From: an uncultured Bacilli bacterium
GTDB taxonomy: Bacteria; Bacillota_I; Bacilli_A; RF39; UBA660
Length of the DNA stretch: 64,000 bases
Reading direction: 5' to 3'
NCBI GenBank assembly: GCA_944371905.1
Contig: CALVYA010000005.1
Coordinates: 7,728 to 71,727, forward strand
Shown: positions 48,000 to 59,200 of the stretch, piece after piece
Layout of the letters: the number at the start of each line of letters is the position of its first letter
How positions within the stretch are numbered: position 1 is the first letter of the stretch
Translations under genes and position numbers: made by a program
The notes under the pieces: model-generated
What the model saw: the letters and a program-made list of their open reading frames with translations, nothing else
Database searches by the model: none
Told to the model about the DNA's origin: nothing

Positions 48000-49415
48000 A
48001 TGAGAAGTAAATCATTCATTATAGTTAGTATATTAACATTTTTATCTTTCATTTTTAGTGGTATTACAACATTTTTAATGATTAAAAACAATTATATGAA
48101 TACCGTTAATATTATATCTATATTAACAATTGGTATGATTGTTTTCAATGCGATTAATATTTTATATATTAGTTTAAAATATAAGATTGAGATTAAATGT
48201 CCTATTCCAAAGAAAAAAATTCTGTTTCATAGCATTGGTATTATTTTAATATTGATATTGATGAATATGTTTTTTAATAAAGAGTGGATATTTGACTATA
48301 TATTATGTTTCTTTTCTTTTATACTATCATTATTGAGTTTGTATTATTTATTGTTTTTATATTCGCCAAATTTGGCGCTATGTTCCAAATTATTGAAAAT
48401 AAAAAAGCTGTTTTCTTACATTTATAAACAAAGAAATAGTAATATAATATTATTAGATACTCCTATTCATTCTAATTTAGGGGATGCAGCGATTGCATTA
48501 GCTGAAATTGAGTTTTTACATCAAGACTTGAAAATACATTCATTTATTGAAGTAACTGCACAAGATCTTGAAGGAATGGAAAAATTTTATGGTTTTTTTA
48601 CTAAAAAGGATAAATTAATATTAGTACATGGGGGTGGCTTTTTAGGTGATATATGGCCATCAGAAGAAAAACGTTTTAGAAAAATTGTTAAATACTTTTC
48701 TAAAAATAAAATCATTGTTTTTCCTCAAACGATTTATTATAATCTTTCTAAAGAAAGTAGTAGAAAGTTTTACGAGGAAAGCAAAAAAATATATTCTTCT
48801 CATAAAAACTTATCTATTTTTGTTAGAGAAAAAAAAAGTTATGATTTTTTAATTAATAGTTATCCTAATAATTTTGTTTATCTGGTTCCTGATATAGTTT
48901 TAGGATTTAATGTAGGAAATATGAAATATAATCGAAAAGATATTTTATTATGTATGCGTTCTGATATAGAAAAAAAAGTTCAAGAAAAAGATGAAAAGAT
49001 ATTAATGAATAGTATTAAGCAAAAATATCCTAACGAAACTATAAAAAGAACAGATACTGTTATTGATAAAAATATTTTACAAGACGATAGATATAGCGAA
49101 GTAAAGTTAAAATTAGAAGAATTTGCTAAAGCTAAACTTGTAATTACTGATAGATTACACGGAATGGTTTTTGCAGCTATTACTAATACTCCTTGTATTG
49201 CTTTAGGGAATAGCAGTGGTAAAGTAAAAGGTGTATACGAATGGATTAAAGAAAATAAATATATTTATTATTTGGATAATATTACAGATATTACTAAAGT
49301 ATTAGATCAATTAGATATAAATAAAAAATATAAATATCAAACAACAAAAATAAAAAAAGAATTTAAACCATTGTTAGAAAAAATAAAGAAGGAACTTAAT
49401 TATGGAAGCAAGTAG
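48000..49415 (+). CDS. Polysaccharide pyruvyl transferase family protein with a ~150-aa N-terminal multi-TM extension
   Basis: C-terminal catalytic-type blocks ...LDTPIHSNLGDAAIALAE..., VHGGGFLGDIWP, VITDRLHGMVFAAITNTPCIALGN. The N-terminus has about 4 hydrophobic helices. Confidence 0.7.
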   Translation: MRSKSFIIVSILTFLSFIFSGITTFLMIKNNYMNTVNIISILTIGMIVFNAINILYISLKYKIEIKCPIPKKKILFHSIGIILILILMNMFFNKEWIFDYILCFFSFILSLLSLYYLLFLYSPNLALCSKLLKIKKLFSYIYKQRNSNIILLDTPIHSNLGDAAIALAEIEFLHQDLKIHSFIEVTAQDLEGMEKFYGFFTKKDKLILVHGGGFLGDIWPSEEKRFRKIVKYFSKNKIIVFPQTIYYNLSKESSRKFYEESKKIYSSHKNLSIFVREKKSYDFLINSYPNNFVYLVPDIVLGFNVGNMKYNRKDILLCMRSDIEKKVQEKDEKILMNSIKQKYPNETIKRTDTVIDKNILQDDRYSEVKLKLEEFAKAKLVITDRLHGMVFAAITNTPCIALGNSSGKVKGVYEWIKENKYIYYLDNITDITKVLDQLDINKKYKYQTTKIKKEFKPLLEKIKKELNYGSK

Positions 49416-51825
49416 AACTAAAAGAGTAACTCAAAATATTACTTATAATATTTTTAATCAGATTTTATCTTTATTATTATCTTTTATATCAAGAAGTGTA
49501 TTCATTTATTACTTAGGTGTTGAATATTTAGGTATTAATGGATTATTTAGTGATGTTTTAAATTTGTTATCTTTAGCTGATTTAGGATTTACTACTGCAA
49601 TGACTTTTAGTTTTTATAAACCATTAGCGGAAAAAGATTATCAAAAGATGGCAGGATTGTCTTCTTTTTATCGAAAAATATATTTAGTAATAGCACTTTT
49701 AGTGACCGTTATTGGGTTAGCGTTAATTCCTTTTTTAGGATATATAGTTAATGTAGACAATGAGATTCCTCATTTAACATTATATTATCTATTATCTTTA
49801 GCTGGTGTTGTTGTTTCTTATGTTTGTGTATATAAAACAGCTGTAATTACTGCAGATCAAAAAGGCTATATTGTCACGAAGATAACAATGATAACATCAG
49901 TGATAAAAACGATTTTACAAATAGTTATTTTAATGTTATATAAAAATTATATTGCTTATTTGGTTATAGGTGTTATTGTTAATTTATTAAATAATATAAT
50001 TGCATCTATTGTTGCTGAAAAGCGATATCCATTTATTAAGGAAAATATCTCTCTTAGTAAAAATGAGAAAAAAAATATTTGGAATAATATTAGTTCAATG
50101 TTCATTTATAAAGCTTCTTCAGTTATGTTAAATGCAACGGATAATATTTTGATTTCTATTATAGTGGGGACTGCTATGGTAGGATATTATTCTAATTATT
50201 TAATGTTACAGACTAAAGTTACCATGTTTTATTCTTTAATATTTACATCAATGACTGCAAGTATTGGTAATTTAATAGTAAAAGAAAAAGCTGAGAAAAA
50301 ATATGAGATATTTGATTGTGAACAAGTTGTCAGTTTCATTATATGTGGAATTGTAGTTCCCTGTTATGTTTTACTAGTCAATGATTTTATATCATTATGG
50401 TTAGGTGAAAAGTTTGTACTTTCTACGGGATTGACTTTCATTATTGGTTTAAACATGTATCTTGGTTGCGTTTTACAACCATTGTGGTCATATCGAGAAG
50501 CAACAGGGCTTTATCGTAAAACAAAATGGGCTATGTTAAGTTGTGGTATATTAAATATTGTATTATCTATTGCTTTAGGTTTAGTAATGGGAATATCAGG
50601 AATTTTATTAGCATCAGCATTATCTAGATTAATGACGTATATATGGTATGAACCCAAATTACTATTTAAGGAATATTTTAATCTTAAACCATGGAAGTAT
50701 TATTTGGATATCATCAAAAATACGGGATTTATTTTTTCTTTAATTTTTATATTTGAATTAATCTTTAACAATATAGTGATTTCAAATCTTTTCCTATGGT
50801 TAGTAAAAGCAATGATTATCGGGGTAGTGTCTTCTATTACAATGTATATAGTGTATAGAAATACTAACGGTTATAAAATCTTAAAAGAAAAATTTTTGAG
50901 TAAAGTTATAAGAAAAATTAAGGAAATTTTTGACCGCTTTACTAAACCTATTCACAATAAAATAGCTAATCTTTATTATTTAATGAAATACAAATCGTAT
51001 AAAGAAAATACTTTTAATATTATGTCTAATGAGGATTTGATAGCTGAAATAGTAAAAAACAAAAAATCCCTTTGTCGATTTGGAGATGGTGAATTAAAAT
51101 GGGCTTTTGATAAGGCAAATATTGCGTTTCAAGATAATGATGAAAAATTAAGTAAAATGTTGAAAGATATTATTTTATCTCAAGATTCCGATAATATTAA
51201 TTGCATTATAGGTATTCATAGAGCTTTAAATAGTATTGATGAGTATACAAAAACAAGCAAAAAATTTTGGCGCAAATTTAATGTTTCTAATTACAAAAAA
51301 ATTATAAGTAAGATTCCTAAAGATAGAGTTTATGGAGCAGCTAATATAACACGACCTTACATTGCCTATATGGATAAAAGTAAAAAGGCAGTGGAGAAAA
51401 GATTTGATTTAATAAAAAAGATTTGGAACAAGAAAAATGTTGTAATGGTAGAAGGAGAAAAAACGAGGCTGGGTATTGGCAATGATTTGTTTGATAACTG
51501 TAAGTCTATAAAAAGAATTCTTTGTCCGCCGACCAATGCTTTTTCTAAATACGAAGAAATATGCGAGGCAATACGAAAACAAGGAAAGAAGAATATTTAT
51601 TTATTAGCATTGGGTCCAACAGCCACTGTGATTGCTTATACCATGTCAAAAGAGGGATATCAATGTATTGATATTGGCCATATAGATATAGAATATATGT
51701 GGTTTAAGAATAATAGCCAAGCAGTAGAAAAAGTGTCTGGAAAATATGTTTTAGAGGCTGAAGATGTTGGTGAAGAAAATATAATAGATGAGGAGTATTT
51801 AAACCAAATTGTTGACAAAATATAA
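49402..51825 (+). CDS. Fusion protein: Wzx-like polysaccharide flippase (about 480 aa, multi-TM) plus a C-terminal GT-D/DUF1792-type glycosyltransferase
   Basis: The N-terminal half has 12-14 TM helices in Wzx/MOP style. The C-terminal half has ...SLCRFGDGELKW..., ...VMVEGEKTRLGIGNDLF..., ...LLALGPTATVIAY...IDIGHIDIEYMW..., typical of SP_1767/GT-D enzymes. Confidence 0.65.
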   Translation: MEASRTKRVTQNITYNIFNQILSLLLSFISRSVFIYYLGVEYLGINGLFSDVLNLLSLADLGFTTAMTFSFYKPLAEKDYQKMAGLSSFYRKIYLVIALLVTVIGLALIPFLGYIVNVDNEIPHLTLYYLLSLAGVVVSYVCVYKTAVITADQKGYIVTKITMITSVIKTILQIVILMLYKNYIAYLVIGVIVNLLNNIIASIVAEKRYPFIKENISLSKNEKKNIWNNISSMFIYKASSVMLNATDNILISIIVGTAMVGYYSNYLMLQTKVTMFYSLIFTSMTASIGNLIVKEKAEKKYEIFDCEQVVSFIICGIVVPCYVLLVNDFISLWLGEKFVLSTGLTFIIGLNMYLGCVLQPLWSYREATGLYRKTKWAMLSCGILNIVLSIALGLVMGISGILLASALSRLMTYIWYEPKLLFKEYFNLKPWKYYLDIIKNTGFIFSLIFIFELIFNNIVISNLFLWLVKAMIIGVVSSITMYIVYRNTNGYKILKEKFLSKVIRKIKEIFDRFTKPIHNKIANLYYLMKYKSYKENTFNIMSNEDLIAEIVKNKKSLCRFGDGELKWAFDKANIAFQDNDEKLSKMLKDIILSQDSDNINCIIGIHRALNSIDEYTKTSKKFWRKFNVSNYKKIISKIPKDRVYGAANITRPYIAYMDKSKKAVEKRFDLIKKIWNKKNVVMVEGEKTRLGIGNDLFDNCKSIKRILCPPTNAFSKYEEICEAIRKQGKKNIYLLALGPTATVIAYTMSKEGYQCIDIGHIDIEYMWFKNNSQAVEKVSGKYVLEAEDVGEENIIDEEYLNQIVDKI

Positions 51826-51852
51826 AAGAGAAGAATCATTTGTCTTCTCTTT
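51825..51852. terminator. Bidirectional terminator between convergent genes
   Basis: AAAGAGAAGA-atcatttg-TCTTCTCTTT. Confidence 0.6.
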
Positions 51853-53110
51853 TAATGTTGGTATATATTGTTTTAGTAATGACACTACTATTTTGTCTTT
51901 TAAATTCCTTATTTAAATAGTTATAATAAGCACCAGGAGTAATGATTCCATTTATTTTTAGTAAATCGCTTCCAGTAGCTCCTAATACTTTATCTACTAG
52001 TTTAACGCAATTAGTAGATAGAAGAAAATATATTTTCCATTTTCCTTTATAAAATTTATAAAATTTAGCTTTTGTATATCGGTATAGTATACTTGCGTAA
52101 TCACTATATTCTTTACTATTGTTTAATTCTTGTTGACAAAGCCATCGATATGAAAATTCTTTAATTTTTTCCAATTCTAATTTTATACGTTCTTTTTGTT
52201 TATCTGTCAATGTGATTCCAAAGCAAAAAATAGTTTTATTAGAATGAGAAGTACAAAATTTTAAATATTTATCTTTACTATTTATTGTAAAAAAGGTCCC
52301 ATCACCAATAGATTCAAATAATTTTTTAGAGTTATCATCGTAACACCCATAAGAGTAGACTTGATTTTCAAAACATAAGTCTGCATGGCCAAATTTTCCA
52401 ACGGTAGTATTTTTTACATGGATAAAAATTTCTAAATCTACTTTGCCACTAGTATTTTTATTATTAATATGAACTGGTGTTACGTATTTTTCTAAAACAC
52501 TATTTATTTTTGTGTAGACACTATATGGTATCATAGCGGATGCAAAAATTGGCAAAGTTAATCTTAATCTTCGTTTTTTATAAGAAAAAAATTTAGGATA
52601 TAAATCTTTTACAAAATCATATAGGTAAGTGAATCCGAAAAGTATTAAATATATGCCTAATATAATAGTTAATGTTTTAATATTTTCTTGAGGACTCGTA
52701 ATCATAATAAAACTAAAAATAAAATCGATCAAACTAGCAATTAAAGTTGGATAAGAACCATGTATTTTTTCTTCTTTATATATTAGATAGGTAATAAGTT
52801 TAATGATTCCGTTTATTAACATATATAATCCAAAAATTAGTGGAAACAACGATAAAAAGGTATTAGGTTTTGAATAAAAAAAGCATCCTATAAATATCGT
52901 AGATAGAGAAATTAGAATATTTCTTTTTTTCTTTGCTTTCATAAAGTTAAATATAAAAGAAACAAATCCTAGTAGAGTAATTAATAAAGACACTACTAAA
53001 TGAAAGATTTCTATGGAAGTAGTAGGAATATATAGTAAAGTAATTCCTACGCCAATAAATATCAAGGCATTGATAAGTAAAGAAACACGTGACATATACT
53101 TTTCTTTCAT
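51836..53110 (-). CDS. Membrane protein: N-terminal ~200-aa multi-TM (DUF308/HdeD-like) region plus a C-terminal soluble domain of unknown function
   Basis: About 6 hydrophobic helices, then ...GKFGHADLCFENQVYSYGCYD.... I prefer the start at MKEKYMSR (53110) after GAGGTG. Confidence 0.6.
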   Translation of the reverse strand: MKEKYMSRVSLLINALIFIGVGITLLYIPTTSIEIFHLVVSLLITLLGFVSFIFNFMKAKKKRNILISLSTIFIGCFFYSKPNTFLSLFPLIFGLYMLINGIIKLITYLIYKEEKIHGSYPTLIASLIDFIFSFIMITSPQENIKTLTIILGIYLILFGFTYLYDFVKDLYPKFFSYKKRRLRLTLPIFASAMIPYSVYTKINSVLEKYVTPVHINNKNTSGKVDLEIFIHVKNTTVGKFGHADLCFENQVYSYGCYDDNSKKLFESIGDGTFFTINSKDKYLKFCTSHSNKTIFCFGITLTDKQKERIKLELEKIKEFSYRWLCQQELNNSKEYSDYASILYRYTKAKFYKFYKGKWKIYFLLSTNCVKLVDKVLGATGSDLLKINGIITPGAYYNYLNKEFKRQNSSVITKTIYTNIKREDK

Positions 53111-53278
53111 GCGATACACCTCATGCATCTATTTTATCATATATTATAAAAAATCCCATACAATTTAATTTAGATATATAATTGTGTCTATAAATCTCTT
53201 TGCCAAAAAGATTTATTGTATGCTATAATGAATTTGAACTATAAAGGTTAGAATATTAATAAAAAGTAGGTAATAGAT

Positions 53279-56200
53279 ATGAATAAATATAAGAGTTTTT
53301 TGAATAATTGTAAAGTAATAGAAAAATATTATGATTATTTAATATCATTAACTAATGATCATAATTTTGTGGGTGCCACTAATGAGTGGATCATTGACAA
53401 TTATTATATTGTAGCGGAAATAAAGGTAAATATTAAAAAAATTATTAGAGAAAATAAGAAATTAAAACAACTTTTGAATAGAGAACCTGATATATATCTT
53501 TATTTAAAACAACTTTATTATAAAAATGAATTTAATGTGGATTATAATGCCTTAATTAAAGAGTTAAAAAAGTATCAAACAGATAAGACCAACTATTTAA
53601 ACTATGACGTAATTGATGCTATTCCCATCTTGTTGTCTTTTATTATCATTGAACGTTTATCTTTATTATGTACTAGTAAGAAAAACAGCCAATTAGAAAA
53701 GCAAAAAATTAGAGAGTTAGTTCAAGAATTTAAAGTAAAATTAAACAATGAAGTAAAAATAAATTTAAGCGAATATATAACAATAGATAAAGAAATAGTT
53801 AATCATCCTGAAATTATTGAACAATTAAATGATAGTTTGCAAGAATTAGGAGAAATATCTAATGAACTATTTGTTCAATTAGACAAAATGCTAGAAGATA
53901 ATGGTTTAGAACTAAAAGATATTATCAATAAAGAGCATAAGGATAGTATTAATAATAATATTTTAGTCTCAAATATTTTTAATAGTTTAAGAATGGTATT
54001 AAAAATTAAAAATTTCGATTTAATTGATAAAATTAGTAAAACAGAACATGTGTTAAAGCAGGATAGTTGCTATAAAATGATGACATCTGAGACTAAAGGA
54101 CTATATCGTAGTATGATTGTCAAAAAAGCAAAAAATATCAGCGAATATGATTATGCTTGCAAATTGTTAGAGAAAAGTAGTAAAACAGGTGAACATATAG
54201 GATTTTACCTTTTTAAAAGACCTAATTACACTTTAAGAAGTAGATTATATGTTGCAGTGATTGCTATTTTTACTTTAATAATCAGCTTATTGTTATCTTT
54301 TATTACGCTTGATTATTGGTGGTTGGCATTTATATTGTTATTAGTTCCAATTAGTGAGTTGGTAATACAATTATTAAACAAAATATTGCTTCGATTTTAT
54401 CCGTGTCAACCTTTACCTAAAATAGACTTTTCTAAAGGTATTGATGTAAAAAATGCAACCATGGTAGTAATTCCTACTATTATTAAAGATAAAACAAAAA
54501 TAGATAAAATGTTCGAATTATTAGAGAAGTATTATTTAGCTAATAAATCCAATAATTTATATTTTTCATTACTAGGTGATTGCTGTGAATCAAGTATTCA
54601 AGAAGAAGAGTTTGATAAAGAAATAGCTGCTTATGGTATTGAAGTTTCTGATCGTTTAAATGAGAAATATCAAACTAAAATTTTCTCTTTTGTTTACCGT
54701 AGACGTATTTTTAATCCAGGAGAAGGAAAATATTTAGGATATGAGCGAAAAAGAGGAGGATTAATTCATTTTAACCGTTTGCTTTTAAATACGATGTCCT
54801 TATATGATAAAGAAAAGTATATTTATGTAGAGAATGTGACTCAAATAAAGAGTAATATCAAATATGTTATTACGATTGATACTGATACAGAATTGGTTTT
54901 AAATACAGCCTTATCATTAGTAGGGGTAATGGCTCATCCTTTAAATAAGCCAGTTTTGAATAGTGATAGAACTAAAGTTATTTCTGGATATGGTATTATT
55001 CAACCAAGAGTTAATGTTGATATAGAATCTACGAATAAATCTATTTATTCACAATTAATGGCCGGGATTGGAGGATTCGATGTTTATTCAACAATAGTTC
55101 CTAATTTTTATCAAGATGTCTTTAATGAAGGTAGTTTTGTTGGAAAAGGAATATATGACTTAAAAGTGTTTGATGAAGTAGTTTCTAATACTTTTCCTGA
55201 AAATTTAATTTTAAGTCATGATTTATTAGAAGGTAATTATTTAAGATGTGGCTTTGCTTCCGATATAGAGTTAATTGATGATTTTCCTTCTGAATTTTTA
55301 GTAGAGTCTTCTCGTCAACATCGTTGGAGTAGAGGAGACGTTCAAATTTCTGGTTGGTTAGGTAAAAAAGTTAGAAACAAAAGTGGAATTCTTGTAAAAA
55401 ATCCATTGAATTTAATTGAACGCTTTAAAATATTTGATAATATCAGAAGAATTTGGTTAAATCCATGTATGCTATTTTTAATGATATTGTCATTTATTTG
55501 TGGTAATCCACTTTGTACTTTTATTATTATTTTGGCAATTATTTTTCTACCTATGATTTTCTATATTAAAGAATTATTGCATAGACAAAACAAAAAAATG
55601 TTTACATTTAAATATTATAATAATTTAATGTTTGGATTTCTTAGTATTTTATATCGTATTTTTATTACGTTTATAACTATACCTTATTATAGTTATGTAT
55701 ATTTAGATGCTTTTTTTAAAGCTTTGTACCGTATGAATATTAGTCATAAAAATTTACTAAATTGGGTAACGGCGGAAGAAGCAGCAAAAAATATAAAAAA
55801 AGATCTTGCTAATTACGTGAATCAGTTTAAAGTTAATTATATTATTTCGATATTAATTGTGTTATTAGCTTTTGTTTTTTCTAGAGAATTTATAGTGATA
55901 GCAATTCTAATTACTGTTGGATTTGCTTTAGCTCCATTAGTATTATGGTCTTTTAGTAGAAGAAAAGATATTGTTTTAGATGGGCTAAATAGCACTCAAA
56001 ATGATAAATTAAAAGATATGGCATATCGTACATGGCTTTATTTTGATACTTTATTGACGGAAGAAAATAATTATTTAATTCCTGATAATATACAGTTAAA
56101 TCGTGAAAATAAGGTATACGGAAAGACTTCACCTACTGATATAGGAATGTCAATTACTTCTGTTATTTCAGCTAGTGAACTAGGATTTATTAATGACTCT

Positions 56201-59200
56201 AAAGCGTTAATTTTATTAGGAAATATTATTACTAGCATTGAAAAATTAGAAAAATGGAACGGGCATTTATATAATTGGTATGATGTTGAGAAAATGGAAA
56301 AAGTGATTCCTTATGTAGTTTCATCAGTAGATAGTGGAAATTTAGCTGCTTCTTTAGTTGTGGCAAAAGAATTTTGTCGAAAGAAAAATAACATAAAATT
56401 ATATGAACGTATTAGTAAATTATTCGATAACATGGATTTTTCGAAATTTTATACGGATCAAGATGTATTTAGCATTGCTTATAATACAGTAGATGAAGAA
56501 TTATCAACTTATAATTATAACAAGTTTGCTAGTGAAAGTAGAATTTTAAGTTTTGTTGCTATTATGAAAGGTGATGTTCCAAGCAAACATTGGTTATGTT
56601 TAGACAAAACTTTAACTAAATATAAAAAACATAAAGGTGTTGTTTCTTGGTCAGGTACTTCTTTTGAATACTTTATGCCTTTGATTTTTATGAGAACTTA
56701 TCCTAACACTTTATTAGATGAAAGTTATTTCTTTGCTAAATTTTGTCAAAAAAGTTATGTCAATGAAATTGATAGTAAAATGCCTTGGGGAATTTCTGAG
56801 TCTGCTTATGACGAATTAGACGATGGATTAAATTATAAATATAAAGCTTTTGCTACACCATATTTAAGAGTCATTGATGAGAAGGATGATCGCTTAGTTT
56901 TAGCACCATACGCATCAATTTTAGCAATTACTAATGATCCTGTAGATGTATACTATAATTTAAAAAAGTTTAAACGTTTAAAAATGTATGGTGATTTTGG
57001 ATTTTATGAGTCATATGATTATACAACTAATAATATTGTATTAGCTTATTATGCTCATCATCAGGGGATGATTTTAGCTTCTTTAACTAATTATTTGAAA
57101 GATAACATTATTCAAGATTATTTTCATGCAGATTTAAGAACACAAGCTTTTGAAATTTTATTAAAAGAAAAGGTTCAATTAAATCCAGTAATAGATATGA
57201 AAGTAGTTGGATATAAAAAGTATGATTATGAAAGAGAAAAAGTGGAAAATGATATTAGAGAGTATAATTATCTTTCTGATACTCCGCAATTATCTGTTTT
57301 GTCAAATTCGAAATATACAGTATTAATTAATGATCGTGGTAATGGTTTTAGTAGATATCATACTACACAATTAAATAGGTATAGAAAAATTACAGAACAA
57401 GATTATGGAACATATTTATATATTAAAGATTTAGATAGTAAGAAAATATGGTCTAATACTTTTGCCCCAACAAATGTGGTACCAGATAAATATAATGTGG
57501 TATTTGCTAATGATAGGATTAAATTTTCAAGGACAGATTATAATATAACTACACAAACTGAAATAATTGTAACGAAAGAACATGATTCTGAAATAAGAAA
57601 GTATACTTTTAAAAATAATTCTAATACCACAAAAAGGCTAGAATTAACTACGTATACTGAAGTGATTTTAGAGGAAAATATTGACGATATTATTCATAGA
57701 ACATTTAAAAATTTGTTCGTAAGTAGTAAGTTTGATGAAGAGAATAAAGCGTTAATTATGAGACGTCGTAATAATAGCAAAAAGTTAAGTCACTATATGG
57801 TTGGACGATTATTAGTAGATAAGAAAAAATATAATATTTCCTATGAAACCGAAAGAGATAAATTTATTGGGCGCGGTTTTAATGTGTATAATGCACAGGC
57901 TTTAAACAATGCGCTTAGCAATGAAGCCGGTACTAATATTGATCCGATTTTAAGCCTTAGAACACGAATAGAAGTATTACCAAAAGAAGAAGTTACTGTG
58001 TATTATATTGAGGGATTTAGTAGATCAATAGAAGGAATTAACGATATTTTAAATTCTTATTGCTCATCTTCTTCTATTGAAAAAGCTTTTGATTATGCAA
58101 CCTTGGCTAGCAACATGAATACTAAATTATTGGGAGTAGATGGTCATAATATTCGTACTTACAATATAATGCTTAATTACCTATATCAAACTAGCAGACA
58201 TTTTGTCAATGATGCTAGAAAGGATTTGCTGGCAAAAAATTCTTTGAATCAATCTGGTTTATGGAAATTTGGAATTAGTGGTGACAGACCAATTATACTA
58301 GTAGATATTCATAGTGGAGAGGCTTATCGACTAGCAAAAGATTTAATGCGTGCATATGAATATTTTAAAAGTAAAGGTATTCATATTGATTTAGTTATTA
58401 TTAATAGTGAAGAAGACGAATACCAAGAAATAGTAAAAAGAGAAGTAGAACAAGAAATATTCCGTATGAATAAATTATTTGACTTCTCAAATATCCCTGG
58501 TAATATTTATTTGTTAGAAGCTAGAGATTTAACGGATAATGAAATCATATTGTTAAATATGGTTGCACGTCTTGCTTTCCATTCTAATACAGATACCTCT
58601 TTGGAGGATGCAGTTAATGATATGCATTTAAATAATAAAATTGTGGATTTTCAAAAAAGAATATATGAGCCTAAAATAAAATTAGATGTTGATACAACTA
58701 AAATAAAGAATTTTAATGGCTATGGTGGATTTGTTAACAGTGGGAAAGAATATATAATAACTAATCCGGATACTCCTACTCCATGGTCTAACGTTATTGC
58801 TAATAGAACATTTGGCTCTATAGTTACTAATAATGAATGTGGATTTACTTATTCTTATAATAGTCAAATGTTTAAGTTGACTTCATGGAGTAACGATATA
58901 GTTGTTAATGATAAATCAGAAGGTATTACTATTAATGGAAAAGAAGTACAATCAGATATATGTAGACATGGTTTTGGTTATTCTATTTTTAATCATACTG
59001 GAGAAGATTACGATTTTGAAACTATACATTTTGTAGCTCAAGAAGATAAAATAAAATTTTATAAAAATAAATTGACTAACGTTACTGATAAAAAGAAGAA
59101 ATATAAAATTAGTTTTTGGATTAATCCTACTTTAGGTCCCAATGAAGAAAAATCAAGCCGTTATTTACTATCTGAATATTTTGAAGATTTAAATGCTGTT

